Shown: piece by piece, positions 41,968 to 51,988 of the stretch
Layout of the letters: each line of letters opens with the position of its first letter
Numbering within the stretch: position 1 is the stretch's first letter
Source: a virus
Direction: 5' to 3' (one strand)
Virus record (IMG/VR): IMGVR_UViG_3300003154_000002
Location: 1 to 64,000 of that record
Length of the DNA: 64,000 nucleotides
The notes under the pieces: model-generated
Seen by the model: only the letters and a program-made list of their open reading frames with translations
What the model was told of the DNA's origin: nothing
Database searches by the model: none
Program-made: the position numbers and the translations under genes

Positions 41968-42429
41968 TTACTCCAACTTCTGTTCAACGCCGCTAACCTC
42001 AACAGCAATAACTAAAATTCCAATTACTTCTCCCTCTTTATTTTTATAAGGGACTTTTATAGTTCTTACTGTTAGTGTTTTACCTTTTCTATTAGTTATA
42101 TTTTCTAGATACGAATGTTTTATTCCTCTATCCAAAACAACTAAATCATCTCTATAAAATTTATCTGACTGTTCTTTTGTATACCACTGTTCCATGTTCG
42201 TATTAATCATTTTATCGGCGGTGGTCCCACAAAAATCGGCCATATATTTATTGACTCTAATATAATTGTTCTTCTTATCCTTAAGACATATAAAAGCAGG
42301 AATAGTATCAATCATACTTTCTAATTCCCATTTAATATCTTGTAAGGCGTAGAGTTTTTCTACAAATTTTCTCCTGCTTCTTGTATTCTTAAGAATGTAT
42401 CTGCAGACATTATAACTCCCTATACCCAA
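41968..42429 (-). CDS. stand-alone PAS-domain protein
   Basis: IPAFICLKDKKNNYIRVNKYMADFCGTTADKMINTNMEQWY...DDLVVLDRGIKHSYLENITNRKGKTLTVRTIKVPYKNKEGEVIGILVIAVEVSG follows the PAS pattern over its whole length. No output domain. Confidence 0.7.
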   Translation of the reverse strand: MGIGSYNVCRYILKNTRSRRKFVEKLYALQDIKWELESMIDTIPAFICLKDKKNNYIRVNKYMADFCGTTADKMINTNMEQWYTKEQSDKFYRDDLVVLDRGIKHSYLENITNRKGKTLTVRTIKVPYKNKEGEVIGILVIAVEVSGVEQKLE

Positions 42430-42749
42430 CCATAATTGATTGTTTTCAATTTTTTAAGGACTTGTTCTTTAGATAATCCTGATCCTTCTATATAAGCTTC
42501 TAATTCCCATTTCTTACGCCACGGATTATAAAATAAAGGTAAACAAAACAAATAAAGAAAGTAATATTTAAACATCCCAACTTTAGACATTTGTTCTATA
42601 TGAATGTTTTCATGGGCCACTAATCTAGTACTTGGTGTATAGCCAACGGGACAATAAAGAGTATGCCCAATTAACGTACAAAATTTACTCGTTGGATGAG
42701 CTATTGGATAGGTTAGCCACCATATCCAAGATTTAGGTTTAAAGTTCAC
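42420..42749 (-). CDS. small HExxH-motif protein (putative metallopeptidase-like or fibre accessory)
   Basis: VAHENIHIEQ motif, a hydrophobic stretch FKYYFLYLFCLPLF, and a position directly downstream of the tail fibre gene. Confidence 0.4.
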   Translation of the reverse strand: MNFKPKSWIWWLTYPIAHPTSKFCTLIGHTLYCPVGYTPSTRLVAHENIHIEQMSKVGMFKYYFLYLFCLPLFYNPWRKKWELEAYIEGSGLSKEQVLKKLKTINYGWV

Positions 42750-42752
42750 GGA

Positions 42753-44630
42753 TTATCCTCTAAAAACAACATATGAAAAAGCAGCATCTGTACGTGTTCC
42801 ACTAGCAGCAAATGCAATATAAACATCAAACGAATCAGAATCTACCGACTGAACTGTAGCGATTATCGCGGCAGATGAAAATACAGTAACTATAACCGGA
42901 TATGATGTATTAGCCATAGTATTACTTAAATTGATTCTATAAATTCCACTACCCGACGTATGAGAACCGCCAGAATAATTCCAAGTACGTCCAGACGTAC
43001 CATTAGAATTAATTGTTCCCCAAGCTGCAGGAAAAGAATCCCCATAAAATTTAAATGATAAACCAGACGAATCTCCCGTGGCCGGATTTACATAAAGACC
43101 ATCATGTGCTGTTAATGTATCAGCAAAATAACCCGTTGAATTTGCCTGAAAGGAACTAGTACTAAGGTGCGCCCCACAAGTAATATCCCCGGTTGTTGTT
43201 ACACTACTCCCAGTAATAGCTCCGGTAGCAGCTATATTTTCAGTGGCGGTAATACTTCTTCCAGCGATAACTCCATTAGGACTCACAGCAAGAGCATTAA
43301 CATTCCCACCTGTAGCATTAAAATTTCCTGTATTAGAAGAAATACTCCCACTAGCAGAAATAGTTGAACCAGAAGAAATATACCCACTCGTTGCAACAAT
43401 ATTCCCTACAGACGTAGTAATATTCCCCGTTGTTGCTACGCTACCTCCAGTAATTGCGCCGGAACTAGCTATAGTAGTTCCAGAAATAGCGGTACCAGCA
43501 ATTGAACCAGTACTTATTATTTGAGTTGGGCGTATAACAGAGGCTTCACCTTGAGTACCATCATGATTGTGGTCTCGGAATTCAGTAACTGCCCGAGTAT
43601 CTTCTAGATTCGAAATGGTCGGAGTAGAATATGAAAAAGTAGCGACTTTTAAATATCTCTTTCCTGTCGATATTCCCGTAGCTGAATCAACAACATAGTG
43701 GTCTCTTTTTACCAACCTAAAAGGAACATTTTGCACAGTTACTGGAACTGTTGTTTTGGCAGCATCGTCTCCTACCGCAGGTTCTCTGCTAATAAGAAAT
43801 GTTACTGTTTCCCCAGATCCGGTAAAAGAAGAGTCTATAATTGTAAAATTATTTCCGTCCGAATCTATTAATTGTCCATAAATATATTCATCTACATCTG
43901 GGGAAGAATAAGGTATTTTCTTAGCCGTGTTTAGAAAAGTAACGGAGCAGTTAGCTCCCTCGGTTGATAAAGCAGTTAAAGAAACACTGCTTATTTTAAG
44001 ATCCGAAGCTGTCGGTGTAACAGAAATTTCATTAACGTAATGATATGTACTTCCAGATAAAGGATACGTTGGAGTGTTAGTCAAATCAGCAGAAGGAACT
44101 ACGTGAATTTTGTAGATTAATCTACCCTTAAATTCAGTAGTCTCAGAAAGATTTTCTCCAATCAAGAAAGGATCGATAGCGACTCCCGTTTCTGGTGAAC
44201 CAGAGGCTTTAACGAGTTCTTCTAGGGCTTCAATAACAACAGAATAAGCCAGTGCTGGTGTAGTTCCCCCAGAATTAAAAGTAATAGCTTTACCACCAAC
44301 ATCCGTAGACGTTGCTGATAGGTCGGTTACAGTAGTATTGAGAGGTAACGTACCACCATTTACTAGTGCGTCTGTTCCAGATTTTAACAGGAATGGTAAT
44401 CCATCACACCATCCTTCTCCTGGTCTAACAACTAAAGTACCACTTTTATTCTCTACGAGAAAGGCATCACTAACACACACATCTCCGTAAGTTTGTTTAA
44501 TGTGATTTCGGAGCTGCTCAAAAGATTCGAGCTGTAAATCAGTGGCTTCTGATGCCAATAAATATTTAGCTTCTTGGAACTTACTCCGATAATATTTATT
44601 AGGTCTAAAAGAATTATAAAGCTTAGACAT
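42753..44630 (-). CDS. tail fibre protein
   Basis: 625 aa at the end of the baseplate block. Gly/Ser/Thr/Ile-rich short repeats (SGAITGGSVATTGNITTSVGNIVATSG...) and a beta-rich C-terminal domain. Confidence 0.7.
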   Translation of the reverse strand: MSKLYNSFRPNKYYRSKFQEAKYLLASEATDLQLESFEQLRNHIKQTYGDVCVSDAFLVENKSGTLVVRPGEGWCDGLPFLLKSGTDALVNGGTLPLNTTVTDLSATSTDVGGKAITFNSGGTTPALAYSVVIEALEELVKASGSPETGVAIDPFLIGENLSETTEFKGRLIYKIHVVPSADLTNTPTYPLSGSTYHYVNEISVTPTASDLKISSVSLTALSTEGANCSVTFLNTAKKIPYSSPDVDEYIYGQLIDSDGNNFTIIDSSFTGSGETVTFLISREPAVGDDAAKTTVPVTVQNVPFRLVKRDHYVVDSATGISTGKRYLKVATFSYSTPTISNLEDTRAVTEFRDHNHDGTQGEASVIRPTQIISTGSIAGTAISGTTIASSGAITGGSVATTGNITTSVGNIVATSGYISSGSTISASGSISSNTGNFNATGGNVNALAVSPNGVIAGRSITATENIAATGAITGSSVTTTGDITCGAHLSTSSFQANSTGYFADTLTAHDGLYVNPATGDSSGLSFKFYGDSFPAAWGTINSNGTSGRTWNYSGGSHTSGSGIYRINLSNTMANTSYPVIVTVFSSAAIIATVQSVDSDSFDVYIAFAASGTRTDAAFSYVVFRG

Positions 44631-44642
44631 TAAATTCTCCTG

Positions 44643-47489
44643 TTATGTAAACTGAAAAGCCACTCTTGCAAATGATGGCTCGAATTCTTTCATATAAGTT
44701 AATAGTTTAGTAAATCGTAAAGCATTTAAAGGAGATAGAACCGCGTATTCTCCTTCCATCACTGTATTCTGTACAACACCAAGCATTGTAATGCTAGTAG
44801 AATCGTTGCCCGAAATAACAAATATTTCATTAACTTTATCTTGTCTCGGTAATATATAATTACCCACAAGACTATCCACATTCCCAAAATCCGCCAAAGA
44901 ATCTGTTAATGTTGTTGTTCCATCAGAATTTATAGTGAGCGTACTAGTCATTGCTCCAACATATAATGCAATATTATTTATAATAACATCATATTCTCTA
45001 AAAGTAAAATACCCAGGAATTCTAATACCTGAACTAGAAGTCGGAGAATAGAATCTACCGGCATCTCTTAATGCTGTGGTTTGATAAATAAATCCTCCAC
45101 CAGTATCATCAAGAGGTAAATCCGTATCTAATCTTATTCTATTAGAAGAAACAAATACTTCTCTAACTATAAAGAAATTACCTTCTCCGTCTAAGAATCT
45201 ATCGCCCACTTGAACTTCTGATAAATCACAGGTAGAATATTGTACGTACCCGGTAATATTATCATAAGTATATGTTACAGGCGTAGCATCTATACCATCA
45301 GACATGGGAGGATAAGATCTAATATTACCGAATAAACGCATATTACCGTGAGTAGAAGCAAAGGTGGAAAACACAATAGTGCTATCTCCAGTACCGCTCA
45401 TTTTTGTTAATATACCACTATCTTCTGGTATAGCGGGTCCAGTAGTTTCTAGTGTTGTCCCGCCAGTTATTGTTCCTGTAACAGTATAAGTATTTCCGTT
45501 GTTAGTATAAGTAGCCCCCGCTGTGGCATCGGCGGCGGTTACTGTAAAAGTATATTCTGGTGCGGCCGACCAAAAACCTAATGCTCTAAGATCTTCAGTA
45601 GAAATAGAAGTTTCATCCACAATTACAGAAGCGTCTTTAGTACCATTTGTAACATCCCAAGTTGTTAATATTCGTATAAAATCTACGATACCCTGCTTAG
45701 TTCCTTTTAGTTGCCAAGTAGGTAATAAATCTGTAACGATTCTTCTCATATGATCTACACCCATACTAGAAGAAACATTACTCAAACCTGTTTGTAAACT
45801 TTTATTAGGTAAAATAGAATATAACATTTTATCAGGATCTGTTAAATTAAAAGTTTTTACCGAGCCATATAACTCATTAAAGCCAAATCCAAAGACTTTC
45901 ATCAAATCTTCTAAATCGTCTGTTGTATCTAGTTGTTTAAATACGTTTGGCCAATAATTCATTAAACGAGTATCAAAGTTTTCGTTTTTTATGGACAACG
46001 CTATTTGTTGTGTAGAATTAGGATCATCGTAAACTGCATAAGATGTTTGTGCTACATTCTTATTTTTCTTGTGGACAAAAATTGTATAGTAATAGTATTG
46101 ATCATCTTCTAATCCAGTACCAACCCTATTCTTTGCTTCATAAGTATTTAAGATATTATCAATATAACCAAATTGGCCGACTAAACTTTGTGATGGTGCA
46201 GTATAGTCCGAAAATTCTTGTAAAATAGTATAAACTAGAGGACGATTTTGATCTATTTTTACAGGTGGATTAAAATAAATTCTATGTTCTGTATTCGAAA
46301 TAATCGCTGAAGTAGCTTCGTATGATATATTTGGTTCTACACTCAAATCAAGAGCTGTAAAAGAAATCATTCTATAACGTAATTCATTTGGAATAAATGT
46401 TTGAGAGTAATCTTCAATATAATTTACATCAAAAACTCTCTTATATGGCAAAACAGAATCGCTAACAGATACACTTGAGCTAATACTCTTATTCAATTCC
46501 ATGTACGTAGAAGTAGAATCTACTACTGAAATTGTATCAGTTAGTCTATTTAACGGCAAAGACGGACTAACTACTTCGGATACTGTAATAGTGTCTGATA
46601 GACTAATTATTGGCGTAAGATTATAAGTAAGACTTTCAGATACTACTGCGTTACTTAAAATACTAGTACTTTGGTTCAATCCGCTAGTAGACGTACTCTC
46701 AGAAATACTAATCGTATCTGTTAAAGACGCCCCAGATATACCAAGATAAAGATTCTTTGTAACAGTATCAGTAACATTAATATTATCTGTTTTAGTACTT
46801 GTTAGAAAAGCAGCAATAATTCCAGTAGAGGTGGAATCCGAAACATTAGTTGTGTCAGATAAACTCTTTGTAACATCAGAAACACCATATCCGGGTATTT
46901 CTACCGTTATTGATTCACTAACAGCAATATTATCCGTATCTGAATGAGTTCCACCGCTTTCAGTATAATATACGTTAACTGTTATATAATCTACTTGCGC
47001 CCCAGTTGCCGTTCCGCTTATAGCATATAAATAAAAAGCTACGGCAAAATTATTTGTTTCAAAATCAGATTTGGTCCAAGTTCTTCCCCACAGTGTTGTT
47101 GGACCTCCGAACGTGATTTCAGCGTCGGTATTTGAAGTAAAATCCTTACGATAAGAAGCACCAGCTGCGGTATAATTGCTTCCGGTATTCCAAGTCATAA
47201 ACCCGGCTAATCTAGCATAATCTGTACCTGTGCCCCCAAGTCTACTACCAGTAAGCTTAATTTCGACACCATCAATAGTGGCGTCAGTGGGAATTTTATC
47301 ACTTAAATTGGTCGAACCATCCCAAAAATGATACCACTCTCCCCAACCTCCTGAACCAACAGAGCTTTGAGAAGCATAGGTCGAATCTAAACTATAAGCA
47401 TTTTTAGGATTGGTCCATGCTCCCCAAACACCTTCTGTAAAATCAGCAAATGCATCATCATGAGCATATGTTACGCCAGTACTTGCCAC
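44643..47489 (-). CDS. large tail fibre / baseplate-distal protein
   Basis: 948 aa with about 160 aa of S-[DE]-[ST]-I-[ST]-V-S-[ED]-like repeats. Assigned by position between the baseplate and the fibre. Confidence 0.6.
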   Translation of the reverse strand: MASTGVTYAHDDAFADFTEGVWGAWTNPKNAYSLDSTYASQSSVGSGGWGEWYHFWDGSTNLSDKIPTDATIDGVEIKLTGSRLGGTGTDYARLAGFMTWNTGSNYTAAGASYRKDFTSNTDAEITFGGPTTLWGRTWTKSDFETNNFAVAFYLYAISGTATGAQVDYITVNVYYTESGGTHSDTDNIAVSESITVEIPGYGVSDVTKSLSDTTNVSDSTSTGIIAAFLTSTKTDNINVTDTVTKNLYLGISGASLTDTISISESTSTSGLNQSTSILSNAVVSESLTYNLTPIISLSDTITVSEVVSPSLPLNRLTDTISVVDSTSTYMELNKSISSSVSVSDSVLPYKRVFDVNYIEDYSQTFIPNELRYRMISFTALDLSVEPNISYEATSAIISNTEHRIYFNPPVKIDQNRPLVYTILQEFSDYTAPSQSLVGQFGYIDNILNTYEAKNRVGTGLEDDQYYYYTIFVHKKNKNVAQTSYAVYDDPNSTQQIALSIKNENFDTRLMNYWPNVFKQLDTTDDLEDLMKVFGFGFNELYGSVKTFNLTDPDKMLYSILPNKSLQTGLSNVSSSMGVDHMRRIVTDLLPTWQLKGTKQGIVDFIRILTTWDVTNGTKDASVIVDETSISTEDLRALGFWSAAPEYTFTVTAADATAGATYTNNGNTYTVTGTITGGTTLETTGPAIPEDSGILTKMSGTGDSTIVFSTFASTHGNMRLFGNIRSYPPMSDGIDATPVTYTYDNITGYVQYSTCDLSEVQVGDRFLDGEGNFFIVREVFVSSNRIRLDTDLPLDDTGGGFIYQTTALRDAGRFYSPTSSSGIRIPGYFTFREYDVIINNIALYVGAMTSTLTINSDGTTTLTDSLADFGNVDSLVGNYILPRQDKVNEIFVISGNDSTSITMLGVVQNTVMEGEYAVLSPLNALRFTKLLTYMKEFEPSFARVAFQFT

Positions 47490-47505
47490 AGGATATTACT
47501 CCTTA

Positions 47506-48006
47506 TTAAAGTGTATTTCCCAAAGCACTTATAGTGCCCGTGATAGCTGGTTTATTAGTATTTGGAAAATCTACCAGCACAACATATTGTCCCGATGCGG
47601 GAGAACCGCTAACAATCAATTCCGTAGCAGTATTACTTAATATTCGAAAATGATGACTTAATGAGTCTCTAAGAATTCTTCCGGTTAATGGCGGATCAAC
47701 AGGAAATGTGGCAGATAAATCTTGTAATTTTCCATTATATCCAATACCAACCGTTCCTAAAATTTCACTCGCTCTATATATTTCTATCTGAGATAAGTCC
47801 GTAAATCCTGATGTTTTAACTTTACTCGAAAATGTAGGATCATTATTATACAGCTCTAAAGGAAAAGAATCTTTTCTTCGACAAATAATTATCTCGTCTT
47901 CAGAAGAAAAATCTAATGGTTTTTCGAATGATAGAGTTATCTCATTTGGTTTGGAACTTATTGCCTTTAGATCTTTTACTAATCCAGGTCCAGTTAATAC
48001 CGCCAT
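47506..48006 (-). CDS. baseplate-associated protein (P2 gpI position)
   Basis: 166 aa immediately downstream of the J-like gene. Assigned by position only. Confidence 0.4.
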   Translation of the reverse strand: MAVLTGPGLVKDLKAISSKPNEITLSFEKPLDFSSEDEIIICRRKDSFPLELYNNDPTFSSKVKTSGFTDLSQIEIYRASEILGTVGIGYNGKLQDLSATFPVDPPLTGRILRDSLSHHFRILSNTATELIVSGSPASGQYVVLVDFPNTNKPAITGTISALGNTL

Positions 48007-48019
48007 TAAAGACTCCTAA

Positions 48020-48136
48020 TTATACTATCTTTTTAAAAATAGATTTAATCTTATCTTTCCAAGATTGTGGCATATATTTCTTAACCGCCCAAACAATTAC
48101 CACTACCAATGCTATTTCTATAATTAACTTAATCAT
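48020..48136 (-). CDS. possible 38-aa membrane peptide (below cutoff)
   Basis: AAGGAG lies 7 nt upstream of ATG 48136. Sequence MIKLIIEIALVVVIVWAVKKY... Confidence 0.35.
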   Translation of the reverse strand: MIKLIIEIALVVVIVWAVKKYMPQSWKDKIKSIFKKIV

Positions 48137-48153
48137 AATATCTCCTTTAATTA

Positions 48154-51100
48154 TTATTCTACGCCGCCCCTAAGATCAAAATCAATATCGCTTTCTAAAA
48201 GTTCTGGTATTTCATATGCTCTTAAATTGGCTATATCTCCAAGATACTTAGAGGTTCTAAATATAATATTATCAACGATGCTATCATCGGAAACTTTTCG
48301 ACCAAAATCATTTACAGAATCGGTATTACCAGGAATGATGACCAACGAAGCTGGAGTGCTATGCCCGGAATTTAATCCACCTGTAAAACCATTAAAAGTA
48401 AGTCCAGAAACAGCCGGTGATATTAATACTATAGGAAGATTTCCCTCACTACCAGGTGTATGATTTAGCAACTTTACTACCTCATCCGTTACATTAACCA
48501 TTTGAGTATTTCCGTTTGAAGCTTCTATACGCAAATGCGTATAAGAACTAGCCTGTGTATTTATAGCATTTATAATTACAGTTTTAATACTAGCGGCATT
48601 AGTAGTTGATCCAATGTCTATAATTACGGGAATTACAGCATTATCATTCCCGCTATTCATATAATCCGCTACAGATACTTTATCAATAACATTAGCTGTT
48701 CGCGTTCCAACGGTAACCGAAGAAGAATTAGATTTAAAAGCAAACGTAGTTATTCTTGTTACTGTCCCACTGCCGGAAGTAGCGTCACTTAATAATGGCT
48801 GTTCGTAAGTTATGGTATAAGTTGTAACTGCTGTAACTTTAAAAGGAGTAGAACAATTGAAAGTATCATTAGTAACACCGTCGATCAATACATAATCGTC
48901 CACAGCAATATTATGTGCGGAAGTCGTAGTTATTGTTACTTCTGAAGTAAAAGTTACTGGGGAATAAACCCGAACAGCACCATTTGCTGCTATGTTTTTT
49001 TGTACGTCACTAATAGTAAATGTAGTATGATCTGGAATATTTGCTTTTGTGAGTGCCGAATCTAAAACAATTGTACCTAAAGCTTTTATACCAGTGCCAG
49101 ATTCAGAATCTGCTAGGCCAGCTACAACACATATTTCTGAATTATCTGGATAATACGGTTTTGTTATAGTTATTGGTGTTCCCAAAGATGAAATAGTAGG
49201 AACAGAAGTTACCGAAGAATCAAACAATACGTTTACTGTTTTTAGTATGTCATCAGCGCCACTAACATTGTATACATTTAAATCAGAGGTAACTAACGAA
49301 TAATCTGTAGGATTGTCAGAAACATCGCTTAAATCAGGATCCCCCGCACATTGAACTTGTGCAAACCCTGCTGATGGGGTATCCACCGTAAATGAAGTGG
49401 CTGTGGCCGGAATACCAAAACTTCCTGTCGCTGTTTGCGGCATTGATATTTGAAAAATATCACCAATAGTACCTATAGTATGAAAAGACCCTCCAACATA
49501 AAAAACAGTGTTATGATTATTATATTGTATAGCAGATGCGCCCGAATAAAGATAGTCATTGAATAAAATATTTTTACCTATAAAACTTTTAACTATTTTA
49601 TAATCTCCACTAGTTACCGCAGATACGCCAGCGTCATTTAATGCTGTAGCAGAAAGAGTTATAGAGTGTGCATCATTAGCACTAATAGACCAAATGTTGT
49701 TCGCTACGTCCACTAATAGATAATTTGTAACATACTCATTTACTAAAAATGTTTTAGTAGAATCGTATAAAATACTGGTACCAGACGTATTTACTCCGGT
49801 AGAGGTGCTCTCTAAAACAGAAAAATTCAACATTGTATCAGTTAAACTATTTGCGTCTAATGATGTAACTTTACCATTAATTTTTTTAAATACGGAATAA
49901 GTATTATTTACTGGAGATGCCGCATTATAATCCGCACCTAAAAGCCACTCATATTCATCACAAGAGGAAAAAATTTCTATAGGAGCAACCAAATAATTCG
50001 CATTAGCTGTAGCTATTGGATTTGGCCGATAAGTACATCTTATAAATTCAAATCTATCAATACCTTCTAGAGTAGAAATTAACGCTTGTAAATCTTTAAG
50101 TTTTATTTTTTGAGCAAATTTAGTACCTTTATCATCCGTATCTCCGGTATTAAAATCAAAAAATTCAGATAGAGCATCTGATATATTTGTCTGAACAATC
50201 GTTCTAGAAGCACCAGAAGACAGATAAGCTAGTAATTTAAATAAAACATTAACACCATAAGCGTCTTTTAAAGTAAAGGTGGTCGTGACTAATTTACGCT
50301 TATCTAGAAAATCTTCTATTTCCGCTTTTAAAACAGTATTATCAGTTATGTTAGTAATACTAGTACCAGCAGGAACAATATAAACGTCAATATCTGTACC
50401 GGGATCGACCAAATTAGAATCTGCGGAAGCTTTAGCTACGCCACTGATATTTGCTAATACTACATTAGCATAATCCTCTAAAGTTACCGCTCTTTCTATT
50501 GTATTTAAAGCATATGGGATTGTTGCTTTTAATTGAGCGATAGAAGGTTCATCTGTACCACCACTAAATTCCGTTAGGTTAGTAACTGAAATAACGAAGT
50601 TCAAAGGATCTGATAAAGTCGTTAGAGTATTAACTGGTATATTTCCTATAGTTCCACCACCAGTTCTATATTCCACTTGTATAGAATCATTCGGGGATAA
50701 TTGACGTCCAAATACACCATCTCCAAACACTAATGTACCTTTACCAGAAGAATCCAACGAAACTTTGTAATGGGTATCTGCGGGCAAACTTCTGATAAAA
50801 GTATCGACCAAAGTATATTGATCACCATTTACTTTAACTATCGGAGATATAAACTCAACTGTAGAGATAAGTTGATCAACGACCATCGAAGAATAACCTA
50901 AAATAACTTCTTCGTTTTGTACCCCTCTAGCTTTAAAACTTTCTGTTCTTCGTGTTCCTTGTAATACTGGTATAGAAACAACCAATGTTTCAGGATTAGA
51001 TAGTTGGGTCGTAAAAAATTCTGCCCCATTTTGGGCCACTAACCTAGTGCCTACAGGAATAGCACCGGTAGGACTATAATTGCCTGTGGCCGATAAAGTA

Positions 51101-51417
51101 AAAGTGGCTGTGCCAGAGGCAGACGTAGAAGTAGAAACATAATAGCCGAATTGTTTAGCTATATTTAATACCGCCTGTCTAAGAGTCGCTGTTTCTAACG
51201 TACTCTGCGTAGCTTGTACGTCTAAATAAAAGAATATTAAATCTCCAACATAGGCTACTAATTCTAGCCATGTTCGGCTAAAATCATCCACGTTGAAACT
51301 GGTCCATTGTCTGTTTCCAGCTGTACCAGTTCCATAGTTTACAGTAGCATAAGTAATTAATGCATCTACTATCGAATCAAAATCTTTTGCAATATAGTCA
51401 ATATCTTTCGTGGCCAT
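48154..51417 (-). CDS. baseplate J-like (gp6/gpJ family) wedge protein, unusually large
   Basis: N-terminal DFDSIVDALITYA...WTSFNVDDFSRTWLELVAYVGDLIFFYLD resembles Baseplate_J. Lies directly downstream of the gp25-like gene. 1087 aa. Confidence 0.7.
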   Translation of the reverse strand: MATKDIDYIAKDFDSIVDALITYATVNYGTGTAGNRQWTSFNVDDFSRTWLELVAYVGDLIFFYLDVQATQSTLETATLRQAVLNIAKQFGYYVSTSTSASGTATFTLSATGNYSPTGAIPVGTRLVAQNGAEFFTTQLSNPETLVVSIPVLQGTRRTESFKARGVQNEEVILGYSSMVVDQLISTVEFISPIVKVNGDQYTLVDTFIRSLPADTHYKVSLDSSGKGTLVFGDGVFGRQLSPNDSIQVEYRTGGGTIGNIPVNTLTTLSDPLNFVISVTNLTEFSGGTDEPSIAQLKATIPYALNTIERAVTLEDYANVVLANISGVAKASADSNLVDPGTDIDVYIVPAGTSITNITDNTVLKAEIEDFLDKRKLVTTTFTLKDAYGVNVLFKLLAYLSSGASRTIVQTNISDALSEFFDFNTGDTDDKGTKFAQKIKLKDLQALISTLEGIDRFEFIRCTYRPNPIATANANYLVAPIEIFSSCDEYEWLLGADYNAASPVNNTYSVFKKINGKVTSLDANSLTDTMLNFSVLESTSTGVNTSGTSILYDSTKTFLVNEYVTNYLLVDVANNIWSISANDAHSITLSATALNDAGVSAVTSGDYKIVKSFIGKNILFNDYLYSGASAIQYNNHNTVFYVGGSFHTIGTIGDIFQISMPQTATGSFGIPATATSFTVDTPSAGFAQVQCAGDPDLSDVSDNPTDYSLVTSDLNVYNVSGADDILKTVNVLFDSSVTSVPTISSLGTPITITKPYYPDNSEICVVAGLADSESGTGIKALGTIVLDSALTKANIPDHTTFTISDVQKNIAANGAVRVYSPVTFTSEVTITTTSAHNIAVDDYVLIDGVTNDTFNCSTPFKVTAVTTYTITYEQPLLSDATSGSGTVTRITTFAFKSNSSSVTVGTRTANVIDKVSVADYMNSGNDNAVIPVIIDIGSTTNAASIKTVIINAINTQASSYTHLRIEASNGNTQMVNVTDEVVKLLNHTPGSEGNLPIVLISPAVSGLTFNGFTGGLNSGHSTPASLVIIPGNTDSVNDFGRKVSDDSIVDNIIFRTSKYLGDIANLRAYEIPELLESDIDFDLRGGVE

Positions 51418-51420
51418 CGT

Positions 51421-51807
51421 TTACCTCTGACTCATTTCTGTTACTGGCTTAAATGGAAATACTAAGTTAGCTACTGTGTTAGTTGTTTTGATTAATACTC
51501 GTATATTAAAAAATACCAGCCCTTTTGTTCTATTTTTTGAAGGGGTCACATCAAGCAACGTTACTCTAGGTTCAAATTTATTTATAGCTTTAATAATATC
51601 TCTTGTGCCTTCAGACGCAGCTACGTCTAAATTATCCCACAATCTAGCCGATAAATTGCAACCAAAATCTGGCCTCATTACCCGCTCTCCAAAATTTGTC
51701 ATTATTAATAATTGGATATCTTGGAAAATCAAATCTTCTCCAGATTGAGGTATAAATTTATTAACTATAGGGCATTTTAATGCCTTACCTAAAAAATCTT
51801 TTATCAT
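51421..51807 (-). CDS. gp25/GPW-like baseplate wedge protein
   Basis: IQLLIMTNFGERVMRPDFGCNL...FEPRVTLLDV is the GPW_gp25 pattern. Confidence 0.8.
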   Translation of the reverse strand: MIKDFLGKALKCPIVNKFIPQSGEDLIFQDIQLLIMTNFGERVMRPDFGCNLSARLWDNLDVAASEGTRDIIKAINKFEPRVTLLDVTPSKNRTKGLVFFNIRVLIKTTNTVANLVFPFKPVTEMSQR

Positions 51808-51809
51808 AT

Positions 51810-51986
51810 TTATACCGCTGGTCCTGTAATAGTAGCTCCGCTAACCGAACATGATTCTATATAATTTTTTATGGCTGTAGCTAATTCATCTGAATAAGTG
51901 CTTATAACAGCATCTCTATTATCCGGATTTCCACCAGCATCATAAGCTGCTCCTATTAGAGTTTCTATGTCTGATTTTAGGCCCAT
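51810..51986 (-). CDS. 58-aa protein between spike and gp25 genes (below cutoff)
   Basis: ATG 51986 lies 2 nt after the gpV stop and the ORF's stop lies 2 nt before the gp25 ATG. No PAAR motif seen. Confidence 0.45.
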   Translation of the reverse strand: MGLKSDIETLIGAAYDAGGNPDNRDAVISTYSDELATAIKNYIESCSVSGATITGPAV

Positions 51987-51988
51987 AA

